Of a stretch of 64,000 nt of DNA, positions 39,913 to 50,010 are shown in pieces. The DNA lies in the IMG/VR virus record IMGVR_UViG_3300017746_000001, positions 64,785 through 128,784 of that record, one strand, 5' to 3'. The position numbers were made by a program, and so were the translations under genes. This DNA comes from a virus. The notes under the pieces are model-generated. The model did no database searches, had not been told where the DNA came from, and saw nothing but the letters and a program-made list of their open reading frames with translations. The stretch's first letter is position 1; every line of letters begins with the position of its first letter.

Positions 39913-40419
39913 CTACACAAGCCCTGCTCTTTCAGCATATCCGTCTAATCCTAGTTCGAAGTTTTCCATTACCCATGTGAAATCTTTTTCGTATGTGAAT
40001 GGGCCTGTTGTCCCTCTACCAATGTAGAGATTTACTCTTTCACAACCCAATACCACTTCTTCTGGTTCGAAAATCATCAACTGATTTTGTTGTTCTTTTC
40101 TCCAAGGAACTACTAGATTTGCTCCATCTCGATACGCTATCTCGCCCGATAGCATGAATCTTCTAAGTGGAGTACCATATAGCTCGTCAACTCCAACATG
40201 CGCTCTACAAGCACTTGCGATGCTATCCATTTCAAGAACAGACAATCTGTGGAAGTTTTTCACAAATACATCTATTTCCTTCACTTCTTTCACCATGCGC
40301 ACATATGCGACCTTTCCCTTTCTTACGCTTACATCTGCGCGTGTGGAAATTGCCTGTATCGCTTTTTTCAATAGTTTTGAAACCTCTGCGGTTTGTAAGT
40401 ATCTAATCTCTTGGTTCAT
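39913..40419 (-). CDS. hypothetical protein
   Basis: motif-led start 40419. Confidence 0.7.
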   Translation of the reverse strand: MNQEIRYLQTAEVSKLLKKAIQAISTRADVSVRKGKVAYVRMVKEVKEIDVFVKNFHRLSVLEMDSIASACRAHVGVDELYGTPLRRFMLSGEIAYRDGANLVVPWRKEQQNQLMIFEPEEVVLGCERVNLYIGRGTTGPFTYEKDFTWVMENFELGLDGYAERAGLV

Positions 40420-40429
40420 GGTCAGTCGC

Positions 40430-41500
40430 TCATCCAATCAATGTAGAGTGGAATATTGCGTTGTCTCTAGCGTCGGATGCTGTTCCGCATTGGTTCGGAC
40501 ATGAACCGCAGTCGGTGACGCACCCAATAACATGAGCTTCTCTTTCAATCGTTGCTCTTGAGTCATCAAAGTAAATCGGACCACCCCATAACTTCGTTTT
40601 TGTCAGAATTGCTGTGCCATCCTCATTCTTCCTACCAATTTTTCTAGCGATGTAGGACTTTGGATGACCTAATTTCTCCTGCTTCATGTAGGGGAATCTA
40701 GGGTCTGTTCTTCTGAATCTCCACGGAGTTTCGATGATTCGAATATTTTCTTTTATAGATAACTCATAGAATCTTTCTTGTGCCTCGTACAATACTTGCC
40801 CAAACCCTTCTTCTAGAGTCTGTTCATCATTCCATGCAAAGGTGCATAGGCGCATGTAAAAGCATTCTTGCTCGTTCATTTTTTGAAATTTCTTGATTAC
40901 GGTTCTGATTTCTTTCACCCTTGAATTAGGGTCGAAGTCTTCTGTCCAATCATAACCCGCGATTACGCTCCAATGGAAGATAGCGCCAGAAAGCGCTAGC
41001 CTCTCAAGGATTTCATCTGAGGGGATTTTCCAGAATTTTGTAATTAAAACCATTCTTGAGCCCACCATAGCGGCTGTCTCAGCCGCCCTGGTTGCAAGTT
41101 CCCAATCATATGAGGGATCTCCCATAACTCCATTCCTTACCCATCTTTTTGCAATCTCTCCACCTGTGCATCTTTTGAGATGCGCAATCGTGTCTTTCTG
41201 CAATAGCGTTGGTATCAGAACTTGTGGCGTAGGCTTGTCGAACTTGATTGCGTTTGTCAAGGTGTATTGGCTTCCGTCAGCATAGCATCCGTAGCATCCT
41301 CCTTTGCAACCATAAATTGTGTCCATTACATTCTTATCCGTTTTTCCGTTTTCTTTAAGCCGGATTATTTTAGCCTCGAAAGGCTTCAATGGTCTCCCTG
41401 CTTTTGTTGTATTTCTTGATGTCTGCTTAGGCAGAGCAGGTAATTCATACTCTTCCTGTATTGCAAACATATTCGTCCAATGTTTATTTGTCATTGTCAT
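40430..41500 (-). CDS. radical-SAM-like Fe-S protein
   Basis: CxxxCxxC (GCKGGCYGCYA), RNGVMGDPS, C-terminal CxxCxxxC. Confidence 0.6.
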   Translation of the reverse strand: MTMTNKHWTNMFAIQEEYELPALPKQTSRNTTKAGRPLKPFEAKIIRLKENGKTDKNVMDTIYGCKGGCYGCYADGSQYTLTNAIKFDKPTPQVLIPTLLQKDTIAHLKRCTGGEIAKRWVRNGVMGDPSYDWELATRAAETAAMVGSRMVLITKFWKIPSDEILERLALSGAIFHWSVIAGYDWTEDFDPNSRVKEIRTVIKKFQKMNEQECFYMRLCTFAWNDEQTLEEGFGQVLYEAQERFYELSIKENIRIIETPWRFRRTDPRFPYMKQEKLGHPKSYIARKIGRKNEDGTAILTKTKLWGGPIYFDDSRATIEREAHVIGCVTDCGSCPNQCGTASDARDNAIFHSTLIG

Positions 41501-41780
41501 GGTCAGTATTGTCTTTCATTTTGATATACATTATCGCCATGTTGTCGTTTTGAAATGACTCGAAAAGCCATTTATCCTCTATGAGATAGTCCATCAATTG
41601 AATTACATTCTTTTCCGGCTCCATGTCCCATTCCTTACCTATCTTGTTCCAATCCTTATCTTCCAACAATCCTGTTTCCTTGTATTCTTCTATAAGACTC
41701 TCCTTAGTATGGATTTGGGTTATATCTGTCCCGTTCCAAGAGCATAGGAAGTAGTCGTCATTTTCTAAATCTATATCCAT
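41484..41780 (-). CDS. hypothetical protein
   Basis: motif-led ORF. Confidence 0.7.
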   Translation of the reverse strand: MDIDLENDDYFLCSWNGTDITQIHTKESLIEEYKETGLLEDKDWNKIGKEWDMEPEKNVIQLMDYLIEDKWLFESFQNDNMAIMYIKMKDNTDHDNDK

Positions 41781-41792
41781 GGTCAGTTAGCC

Positions 41793-42317
41793 TCACTCAG
41801 CAACGCCAAGTTGGACTGCGCTGGATGCTCGCATGAGCATCCATTCTTCGCATCCCTCTTTTTTCTTAAGGCTCCTAGTCCAGTCGGCGGGCGTAGGAAC
41901 GAAACCGAAGTCCTCGTTCATGTGTTGCTCGCCAATCCAACGGACAGGTATGTTTTTTGTGTGGAAGTTTTCTTGCAATTTGATTTCTAGTAGCTTGTTC
42001 TCAAGGTCTGATAGAATAGATTGGTTCGTGTTGTTCGGTTCAAGATTCTCAAGTGCGGCCATCGTGACTGCAATCTCCTCTCTCTCGACGCTAAGATCCT
42101 TCTTTTCTTTTCTTGCATTAGTCTTGACTCGGATAAAAGGTCCGAATACCTGTTCTGCAATTTCTATTCCGCCAGTATGATGTAAAACTACTCTATGTGC
42201 AAAATGCCAGTCTTGTTTCTTGAATTGGTCAAAGAATTCGTGGATTCTCAAGTAATCCTCCGGTTCTCCACCCCACTTCTTTGCTGAACTCATTGCATGG
42301 TGTATTGCTGTACTCAT
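41793..42317 (-). CDS. DUF6915-like phage protein
   Basis: HAMSSAKKWGG...HR..LHH..GI...EQHM.ED.G. Confidence 0.7.
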   Translation of the reverse strand: MSTAIHHAMSSAKKWGGEPEDYLRIHEFFDQFKKQDWHFAHRVVLHHTGGIEIAEQVFGPFIRVKTNARKEKKDLSVEREEIAVTMAALENLEPNNTNQSILSDLENKLLEIKLQENFHTKNIPVRWIGEQHMNEDFGFVPTPADWTRSLKKKEGCEEWMLMRASSAVQLGVAE

Positions 42318-42427
42318 TCTTCCTCAATCCTTGTTGTTTTGACTTCTGGGAATCGGAAGACCTTGACGGCCAACCAATACAGAAATCTTTCATACATATC
42401 TTGTATTGTTAATTTTAACATGGTCAT
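42314..42427 (-). CDS. 37-aa small protein (not in ORF track)
   Basis: motif-led; ATGA-coupled to next gene. Confidence 0.55.
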   Translation of the reverse strand: MTMLKLTIQDMYERFLYWLAVKVFRFPEVKTTRIEEE

Positions 42428-42435
42428 GGTCAGTT

Positions 42436-42681
42436 CTAGTCCTCAGTTTCATCAAATTGTCTCAACTCTCTCACCTTCTTGTGATATAGTGCAAGTGCTT
42501 TTTGCTCACCAACAACAACCCATCCTTCGACTAACTCCTTTGTGTCATCAGATGTATGTCGGACTATGTCAATAGCCCAGTGTTTAGCAAGTCTGTGCAT
42601 CTCTACTTCTTTATCTTTAATTATTCCACTATATTTTTCTGTGTCAAATTTTTTTGTTTCTAAAAATTTCTTGTTTGTCAT
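42436..42681 (-). CDS. hypothetical protein
   Basis: motif-led start 42681. Confidence 0.7.
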   Translation of the reverse strand: MTNKKFLETKKFDTEKYSGIIKDKEVEMHRLAKHWAIDIVRHTSDDTKELVEGWVVVGEQKALALYHKKVRELRQFDETED

Positions 42682-42689
42682 GGTCAGTA

Positions 42690-43091
42690 TCACTCAGGAG
42701 GCGCGATTTCTACACCACCAATGTGCATGGTTCCATCATCCATATAATTTTTGGCATATTCAAAGACTGCTGTTGCATGTCTTCCGAAATCTCTACTCTG
42801 TTCATCGTCGCAGGTAAGAAGGTAGTCTCTTATGATGAAGTCTACCAACCTATCCAGTAGGTCTGCCTTTTTTTCCTTCAAAGACCAATGGAAACCATAT
42901 GGGACATAAACCAAATTGTAATCTGGTTGTCCATCATGTTCTTTGTTATTTATGAACTGGAGTATCTTGCTTCCTTTTGGAATAATTAGTTCCTCTTCTG
43001 TTCGTCCTTCATAGGCTACTTTTCCTTTTCCAGGCCATAGGCCTGAAATAGCGATTGGTTCACTTTCGTTTTCATTGTTATTTGTTGTCAT
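42690..43091 (-). CDS. hypothetical protein, paralog of 8629..8904
   Basis: motif-led start 43091. Confidence 0.75.
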   Translation of the reverse strand: MTTNNNENESEPIAISGLWPGKGKVAYEGRTEEELIIPKGSKILQFINNKEHDGQPDYNLVYVPYGFHWSLKEKKADLLDRLVDFIIRDYLLTCDDEQSRDFGRHATAVFEYAKNYMDDGTMHIGGVEIAPPE

Positions 43092-43099
43092 GGTCAGTA

Positions 43100-43450
43100 T
43101 CACTCAGGTTGAGTGATCTGTTGAAATTCCAACTCGGCATCTGTAAATGTCTTCCATCTTACTAGGTCGTTTGTTTGAATCCCGATTTTAGGGTTGCTAT
43201 TCAGCCCACCATAGCCTGAGTCATCAATAGAGATGCATTGGAAGTCTTGTGCGTTTTTGATTCCCCAATCTTCATCGCAAAAACCCATAAAGTAAGGCGA
43301 ACATGGCGAACATGTTAATTTTAACCAAATCCCTTCTTCGTTGTTTTTTACTTCTCTCCAGTTATATATGAGTTCTTCTTTGTATTCTTTGGGTAATGAA
43401 GCTCGAGCGTTTTTTGACACCCAAGCATATGCCCAATAAGTTACTCCCAT
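43100..43450 (-). CDS. hypothetical protein
   Basis: follows a motif-led 10-aa ORF (43453..43485). Confidence 0.7.
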   Translation of the reverse strand: MGVTYWAYAWVSKNARASLPKEYKEELIYNWREVKNNEEGIWLKLTCSPCSPYFMGFCDEDWGIKNAQDFQCISIDDSGYGGLNSNPKIGIQTNDLVRWKTFTDAELEFQQITQPE

Positions 43451-43496
43451 TTTTATTCCTCTTTAATTTCTTCTTTTGTTGCCATGGTCAGTTGGC

Positions 43497-44276
43497 TCAG
43501 TAATTTGAGCCGCGTACTTCATATTGTATTTCATAAGGTTCGTAATACTCTTCATCTTCATCATAAGGATAGAAGGTAATCGTTCCGTTCGTACTTGGGT
43601 GGTTTGCCCAAGAACCGAAATTAGCCCTTAGAGGCAGATATGTCGGACTCATTGTACGAGCAATTCCCATTTTCCTCAATGACTTCATATTGAGCCATTC
43701 TTCCTGGAACATCTTTTCCTCATCGGCTTTGATTTCTTCTTCTGTTCCACCTTTCCTAGACCATATGTGGGCCGTGTAAAGGGTGAATCGTTCATCACTC
43801 AAGAGTATTTCTTCAATTTCTCCCTTGTCGTTTACAATCGTAGCATAGACATTTTCTACGCATCCTGAATCGTGGCCTCCGCTAAATGTGCAGACCAGTT
43901 TACTCCATTGCATATCCTTGATGTATTGCCTCAAAATGTCATTCCATTCTTCTTCACCTACTCTTTCTCTAGCCACCACCCATCTTTCTTGATTGGTGAT
44001 AGATGCGCTCCAAGCATCTGTTTCAGTTTCCATGAAACGGATTTTTTTCTTGATGGATTCAAGAGATCGTTCTTCGGGCGATGTATTCTTTCCAAGCCCC
44101 CAGTATGTATTCTCATTGCTTTTTCTTTCACTAAACCATTCTAGGTAGTCTTTGTATGATTTGGTCTCCATCAGTTCCTCATCGGACATGGTTCTCCATT
44201 CTTCCTCGGATTTTCCTTCTACGGTAAATGGGTGCAATTTTGCACCTAATCTTTCTATAAACATTTTATTTGCCAT
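43497..44276 (-). CDS. hypothetical protein, paralog of 23153..24049
   Basis: motif-led; FSGGHDSGCV. Confidence 0.7.
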   Translation of the reverse strand: MANKMFIERLGAKLHPFTVEGKSEEEWRTMSDEELMETKSYKDYLEWFSERKSNENTYWGLGKNTSPEERSLESIKKKIRFMETETDAWSASITNQERWVVARERVGEEEWNDILRQYIKDMQWSKLVCTFSGGHDSGCVENVYATIVNDKGEIEEILLSDERFTLYTAHIWSRKGGTEEEIKADEEKMFQEEWLNMKSLRKMGIARTMSPTYLPLRANFGSWANHPSTNGTITFYPYDEDEEYYEPYEIQYEVRGSNY

Positions 44277-44284
44277 GGTCAGTA

Positions 44285-45175
44285 TTACAAGTGTTCCCTA
44301 CGGAACTCTTCTGCAGCATCTTTACCGAATACTTCTTCCATCATCTCTTCCATTCGGACTTGAGACACTAAAAGGTCGTCTAGCATGTGCTGTTTCTTCT
44401 CTAATATCCGGTATTCATCCTTGTTTTTCAGATTCTTGACTAGGTCTGTGTCCTTCTGGAAGATGCTCACCACCCTGATTCTCATATTGGGACCAGTTGT
44501 GACTGAAGCTGTATGAACTCTGGAGCAACCAGGCAGGGTCTTGTAAACCAAATGATGGAGAATTGCTATGAATCCCCCTGGTTTGGTCACTCTAACTGCC
44601 TCATTCACCCATGCATAAGGACGAATGGGTTCTGTTTCCCATAGAGGACTACTGTATGTGATTTCGACTCTCTTGTGCTTCGTGTTCTCCACCATGTCGT
44701 ATGGGGGATCCACTAGCAGGTAGTCGTAAGTTTCGTCTTCCATAGGGAATGTCTCCGTCGCGTCTGCAACGAATGTAGGGTCGTTAGTCTCCTGTATGTC
44801 CATTGTGTCTTCGTTCTCTCTTCCTTGAATACTGCCAGAGAACAGATGCAAAACCTTGCTTCCCTCTCTTATCTGCAGTAAATCATCAATCTTGTTCAAG
44901 AATCCGCCTGGATAGCCTCCCTTGTAGGGTGCTGTGTTCCTGCCGCATACCATCGAACTTCTCCTTGAGGCCGAGCCGTGAATCGACTTGTCCTTTGTCT
45001 TGAGTTTGTTGTAGTGTACTGCCAGTCTCCAAACTGAACCTTTTGATACCTTTACGCCGATTTTCTCGGACCACTTCTCGGCTACATCATCATATTCCAT
45101 TTCTTGTAAATCTCTCAGGACTTCTTCCTTGTGGTCGTTGAGAAGTCCAACTTTTTTGCCTCTTAATTTTAGCAT
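44285..45175 (-). CDS. amino-DNA methyltransferase-like protein with N-terminal HTH
   Basis: YKGGYP, VLHLFSG, VDPPY. Confidence 0.75.
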   Translation of the reverse strand: MLKLRGKKVGLLNDHKEEVLRDLQEMEYDDVAEKWSEKIGVKVSKGSVWRLAVHYNKLKTKDKSIHGSASRRSSMVCGRNTAPYKGGYPGGFLNKIDDLLQIREGSKVLHLFSGSIQGRENEDTMDIQETNDPTFVADATETFPMEDETYDYLLVDPPYDMVENTKHKRVEITYSSPLWETEPIRPYAWVNEAVRVTKPGGFIAILHHLVYKTLPGCSRVHTASVTTGPNMRIRVVSIFQKDTDLVKNLKNKDEYRILEKKQHMLDDLLVSQVRMEEMMEEVFGKDAAEEFRREHL

Positions 45176-45182
45176 GGTCAGT

Positions 45183-45431
45183 CTAGGCTAGAATTAGCCG
45201 CATAATCTCTTCAGTCTTGTCAGGCTTTAGAGGATTGACTACTGCTTGGTGTATAATTGAAGCAGGAAATCCATCAGACATCGAAGTAGCTTCAATGATT
45301 ACGCATTTCCAGTTCGGCCTCAATACATTAGTTGTAGATACCACATCCTCTGCCCAACGGTATTCGCTTTTCTTATCCACCACAATGTATTGTGCTGGCT
45401 TCCTAGGCTTCTTGAGCATTATAATTTTCAT
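45183..45431 (-). CDS. hypothetical protein
   Basis: motif-led ORF. Confidence 0.7.
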   Translation of the reverse strand: MKIIMLKKPRKPAQYIVVDKKSEYRWAEDVVSTTNVLRPNWKCVIIEATSMSDGFPASIIHQAVVNPLKPDKTEEIMRLILA

Positions 45432-45489
45432 GGTCAGTACAGATGCAATCTCCGCATCTCTTACATATTGGACAACAAATGTCGTTCAT
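45403..45489 (-). CDS. 28-aa Cys-rich microprotein (not in ORF track)
   Basis: motif-led MNDICCPICKRCGDCICTDH... Confidence 0.5.
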   Translation of the reverse strand: MNDICCPICKRCGDCICTDHENYNAQEA

Positions 45490-45497
45490 GGTCAGTT

Positions 45498-45845
45498 TTA
45501 AGGGAACATCTTGTTCCATTCTTCTATTGTATAGGTAGTGTAAGGTGTTTTTTCTTCACCATACTGGTTTGCGAGAAAGGGCATAATTATTGTTTTTTGA
45601 TTATCCCCTATAATGCAATCGCGTAGTAAAACTCCTGCCCAAGAATCTTGATCATAATCGCCTGGGAAATGTCCATTTAACCTCTCGATTAATTTTTCTG
45701 CTCTTTCTTGAGCATCTTCTTTTCTCTCGTATGTGAAAAGAGCCCCGTTTGAGGCATCACAAGCACAATATCCTACCATTTGGTTCTCCGCAACAACCCA
45801 AAGGTTGTCAGGAGTATATTTTGTTCTATTAGATGTATTATCCAT
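45498..45845 (-). CDS. hypothetical protein
   Basis: variant motif ACTCACCATG. Confidence 0.7.
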   Translation of the reverse strand: MDNTSNRTKYTPDNLWVVAENQMVGYCACDASNGALFTYERKEDAQERAEKLIERLNGHFPGDYDQDSWAGVLLRDCIIGDNQKTIIMPFLANQYGEEKTPYTTYTIEEWNKMFP

Positions 45846-45863
45846 GGTGAGTTCGGGTTGACG

Positions 45864-45907
45864 AAAAAATGTGGGGAGTTTGTTGCAGTAATCGCAACAA
45901 ACTCCCC
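45864..45907 (-). terminator. long hairpin followed by T-tract
   Basis: GGGGAGTTTGTTGC/GCAACAAACTCCCC stem, then TTTTTT on the - strand. Confidence 0.6.
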
Positions 45908-45917
45908 TTAATTTCTA

Positions 45918-46172
45918 TTAGTCATTTATACTCGCCCACATCTCTTGGGCTGTTTTTCCTTGATAATTTTTATTCCAGTATCTATTACTGGTGTTTTCTT
46001 TATCTTGCGCATAACTCTTGTCTTTTGACCAGAGGTATGCTTGATTTTTCGCGATTTTCCTAAATTTGTTTGCTATATATTTGTTTTGAGACTGTGATAG
46101 CCTCTTTACTTTCTTGAAGAATCTAGTAGGTTCCCAGATTCTTGCACCAACTATAGGTGAAATGCGTTTCAT
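45918..46172 (-). CDS. small basic protein
   Basis: variant motif ACTAACCATG. Confidence 0.6.
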   Translation of the reverse strand: MKRISPIVGARIWEPTRFFKKVKRLSQSQNKYIANKFRKIAKNQAYLWSKDKSYAQDKENTSNRYWNKNYQGKTAQEMWASIND

Positions 46173-46479
46173 GGTTAGTTGGTCACTTTACCGTCAGACC
46201 ACGACAAGCACGCATACAGGGGTTAGTTTCCCATATCGTACTTCGTTGAGGCAGGCGTGAACATTATTGTGATAAACAAAAACAACATTTGGTAGCAATA
46301 CCCTCTCTCTGCCTCGTATTGCATGGTTAGTATGTGTCTCTCAAAACCGAGCATTTCGCTTCCCCGTAGGGGTGCGGTAAGGCTGAAACACAGTTTGCCT
46401 TTTTCTATTAAGAGCAAAGGTCGTGCTGCTCTGTCACGGCCCCATAGGGGTCTTATCTCTAGTTACTCGGAATTGTTCT

Positions 46480-47136
46480 TTAGTTCCTAGGCCTACCGGA
46501 GAGTCGGCGGAATGTATTTTTAGCATTCACCTTCTTAGGTATTGTAACCTCTTCGGGTGGGTTTTCCTCTTCCAGTTGCTTTTGTTTGAGGAGTTTTCTT
46601 CTGCGGTAAACGCGATCCCTCCTGTTTGCATCTGTCCCAGGTATGTATGCCATTGCCTCATCCGGCCAATTCTCTCGAAGTGCTAATTCTAGAACACCTC
46701 TTATCGTAGTTATTTCCTCGATAGGTCTCTTTGGTCTTGGTGTTTTCCTGTAACCTTCCGTCATGGAATGACGACTTAGTGTAGCGTCGAATTTTTTACC
46801 TCCGAACACCTCTTGGGCGCTTTTTTCACGGCTGTTCTTCACTATATCGCTGCATTGTTTGAATGTTTCCTGCAGGACCTTTATCACGCCAACTTCTAAT
46901 TTTTGTTGTTTCGCCATTTCTATAGCGCGTGTAATGTGAATTGATTCTTCTACTGCATCTTTTCTAATTTGAAGCAATAGATTGTCTGCATGCCCGTGTG
47001 CTAGTGCATTATCGCACCAGAAGCACGAGGCTGTGCCGTGAGTATCGAAGTTGTATTTTCGCTTCTCACATCGACCATTGTTCCTGATTACTTTCTCAAG
47101 ATGGTTGGTCAAGTCGCTTTTCCTTTCGTTTGTCAA
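46480..47136 (-). CDS. basic hypothetical protein, possibly nucleic-acid binding
   Basis: TTG start after GAGGTAGGTG; CFWC; Arg-rich C-terminus. Confidence 0.65.
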   Translation of the reverse strand: MTNERKSDLTNHLEKVIRNNGRCEKRKYNFDTHGTASCFWCDNALAHGHADNLLLQIRKDAVEESIHITRAIEMAKQQKLEVGVIKVLQETFKQCSDIVKNSREKSAQEVFGGKKFDATLSRHSMTEGYRKTPRPKRPIEEITTIRGVLELALRENWPDEAMAYIPGTDANRRDRVYRRRKLLKQKQLEEENPPEEVTIPKKVNAKNTFRRLSGRPRN

Positions 47137-47324
47137 AATGCACCACCTACCTCAAGTTTTTGGAGGTTTGACTCCATAGCATTTGGCAGCAGCGCATTGT
47201 AATACATATCGTAAAACATGGTCAGTTGCCTACTAGACGGTGCGGTTTGACTTTCTCGCTCCCAAAGCGATACAGTCCCTAGGCACCCCCTAGCAGGGTT
47301 GTGATATTCAAATGGTCAAACCAA

Positions 47325-49085
47325 TTACTTAGAACGATTTTTTTGAGACACTTTTTTGGGATTCCTGGCTTTGTGAGCCTTATTTCTTTCATCCCTACTC
47401 TTGTTTCTCATAGCAATCGTTTCCTCGCTGTATGGTACTGCCAGAAGACAAATCGTTGGTTCTCCTGCAAAGTCCTCAACCCTCACTTGAAGGTGGGACG
47501 CATTCTTGCCAATATTCCCGCTTGTTGCGGTCTTGACTACTTGGGGTCTGGCTCTACTAGCATCTCGCGATACCAGTTGGTAGCCATCATTAGCCCCATA
47601 TGGAAGGAACAAGTGGGTCTCGCTCAAAGCATCTATCGCTCGAACGAGTCCAGTCAGTTCGTGTAAAGGATCGGCTTCGACTAATTCCTTCGCCCTATTC
47701 AGTAAGAAACTGAAATTTGTTAGAGCAAGGTCGTCTGAGCCTGTCCTGTTGTTCTGTCCAATTATGTCACATGTAGTCACGCTGCGGTTGAATCCCATAA
47801 CCTCCAAGAACGGAAGTATTAGGCTTCTCACCGTCAAATCGCTGATATTATCCTTAGTCAACCAGATTTGAGACTGCGTCTTACCGTATTTGTTTGGCTT
47901 GTTCGCGTTCTCTACAGTTCTGGATGATTTCTTGAAGGCGCTGATGTGGAGTTTAATTCCATATGGGTGATCAAAATTCCAGTTAACCTCTTTGGCTTCC
48001 TGAAGCTGATTGCCCTCTAGTTGCCCTCCATGGGCAGCCACCAGTAGACTTCGTATCATATCTATGCTCAGAGGGGTTTTCCCACTAATCATAAAGTTCA
48101 ACATAGGATGTATAGCGGTTCGGCTTGTCGCAAAGGACATTAAGCCTAGACGCGCTAGAACATTATGCTTGAATGCAAATGCATCGGCAAACCATGACGA
48201 TTCATTGCGCTGGAAGTTCATTTGAGACTGTGTCAACAATCCCATTGCAATAGAGTTAGTCCTTTTTGGGTCAGGGAACGACATTTTTGTGTCTTTACCC
48301 TTACCGGACCTTCTCGGGGCTGATTCTATCTTGAAACAGCCTTGAACTTGCGCATTTTCATCTCCTGGACAAGTAACGATGTCATAGAGAGTCCATGTCG
48401 AGCATTCTGAAACTGCTTCTGTCATAATAAAGCCGAATTGAACGCCATCAGGCTTGTCTTTGCGGTTGTTAAGCGCTTCAACAAAGTCCTCGACATTCTC
48501 TCGACTGTATAGACCAGACGCAGCTATTCCACTAGACTGCAAATCGGAATGCATCTTTACATCTTCTGCGATGTCGATGCTCATTCCTAGCATGCTAGCA
48601 AATAAACTCGTGTCTCCTCCACCGTCTTCCAACGAAGAAATAATTGCGTATGAAGCTCCAAATCCGCGTGAGATTCTCTTCTCCCCAGGCTTTCGTGGAT
48701 TATCCTCGAATATCTCTGGGTGGCGGTTTTCTAGTTCTGCTAGCCATTGCTTTCTATTGTGCGCATGATCTTTGCCTGTCACTATAACTTTGGAACGGAT
48801 TCCGCAAATATTCGCTTCTCCGTATTTCCCTGTCTGTTGTCGTGCTAGGTCCATCGATTCAATTGCGTTCGCATTGACTTGTGCCTTTTCGCTTTCTTTC
48901 TGTTGGTTTGTGTGTACACTAATGATTTCATCAATTAACAGATGTTTCTTAGGGTAATGTGAGAGTGTTATTCCCATTCCCTTTGCCTGTTCTCTTAGTT
49001 CTACCATTGTGTTCTTATCCATTTTTTCATGTAGTGTAGCCTCTTGTGTGCTACCATTGCCTGTATAATTATTGTAAATTACCAT
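47325..49085 (-). CDS. large hypothetical protein with Rho-N/HeH-like N-terminal segment
   Basis: motif-led; TMVELREQAKGMGI...KKHLLIDEI. Confidence 0.75.
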   Translation of the reverse strand: MVIYNNYTGNGSTQEATLHEKMDKNTMVELREQAKGMGITLSHYPKKHLLIDEIISVHTNQQKESEKAQVNANAIESMDLARQQTGKYGEANICGIRSKVIVTGKDHAHNRKQWLAELENRHPEIFEDNPRKPGEKRISRGFGASYAIISSLEDGGGDTSLFASMLGMSIDIAEDVKMHSDLQSSGIAASGLYSRENVEDFVEALNNRKDKPDGVQFGFIMTEAVSECSTWTLYDIVTCPGDENAQVQGCFKIESAPRRSGKGKDTKMSFPDPKRTNSIAMGLLTQSQMNFQRNESSWFADAFAFKHNVLARLGLMSFATSRTAIHPMLNFMISGKTPLSIDMIRSLLVAAHGGQLEGNQLQEAKEVNWNFDHPYGIKLHISAFKKSSRTVENANKPNKYGKTQSQIWLTKDNISDLTVRSLILPFLEVMGFNRSVTTCDIIGQNNRTGSDDLALTNFSFLLNRAKELVEADPLHELTGLVRAIDALSETHLFLPYGANDGYQLVSRDASRARPQVVKTATSGNIGKNASHLQVRVEDFAGEPTICLLAVPYSEETIAMRNKSRDERNKAHKARNPKKVSQKNRSK

Positions 49086-49099
49086 GGTCAGTCAAATAG

Positions 49100-49650
49100 T
49101 TGAGTATTCTAATTCTAGAGCAGCCTCTCTACTGCAGGCTTGCTAATATTGCAATACTAGCGGGTGCCTTCACTCACGAGTTCTAATTCGTGTATTGAGT
49201 TATTCGAGTTTTACCTCAAATACTACTCTAGAAGGGCTAGACCAAGCGTTCTGCTTTCACAGATTACCATTCTCGCCCCTGGTTGTTTGGCCTTTCGGCC
49301 TGATGGCATCATTTTATCCCCTCTGCAACATCTCTGCTGGAAAGGACTGGACTCAATTATCGGATTTCCACTTCATCCGACCATCATTTTGTGGCCTCTC
49401 GGCCCTAGGTTTGCGAGGTTTCGCTCGCTCCGTTTACCCTCTCGGGCCTCGGTGTAGTTTGTATGAAGCCTCTCGGCTTCGTATGCAACTTCCTTCACCC
49501 TCAATTCCGGAACCCTGCATGGGCCTGCGCACTTTTGGTTGCGCATAGTAATACATGATTAGTTTACGAACCTACTAAATTCTTCTTAACTCATAAAGAA
49601 TCTCGTAGTGAGTTATGCAATAGAAAGCCAAAGGCTTTCTAGTGCTATTT
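49100..49650 (-). ncRNA. candidate large structured RNA
   Basis: several GNRA-capped hairpins on - strand (GGCC-GAAA-GGCC, GGCC-GAGA-GGCC, CCC-GAGA-GGG, GAAGCC-GAGA-GGCTTC, CTGT-GAAA-GCAG); no credible ORF; ends approximate. Confidence 0.65.
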
Positions 49651-49737
49651 CGTAATACATGATTAGTCCGAGATTGTTACTCACCACCTTATCTCGAATC
49701 GGGTGGGTCATAGTATCTGCCATGAAATTTTTTGAAT

Positions 49738-50001
49738 TTACTGCGGGTGCTTTGATTGATGTCTAGCGACTGCAATCACATAATTTGCGTTTTGTTGGGC
49801 TTCTTTCAGTTGTTCTCGACTATTCCTTAAATCTTCTAAGGATTTGTCCCTGACTGCCTTTGTGATGAGCCTTTTCATCCACAAATGTGTGATTTGGTCG
49901 TCTAACTGGCGACCCGTCAACATTCTTGTTTTCATGTTTCCGTTACTTTTCTTTCGGAGAAGTGCATCCGACCCATTGGGATTTTTTTGCGTATTAGGCA
50001 T
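49738..50001 (-). CDS. small basic protein
   Basis: variant motif ACTAACCATG directly after the tRNA CCA. Confidence 0.65.
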   Translation of the reverse strand: MPNTQKNPNGSDALLRKKSNGNMKTRMLTGRQLDDQITHLWMKRLITKAVRDKSLEDLRNSREQLKEAQQNANYVIAVARHQSKHPQ

Positions 50002-50010
50002 GGTTAGTTT

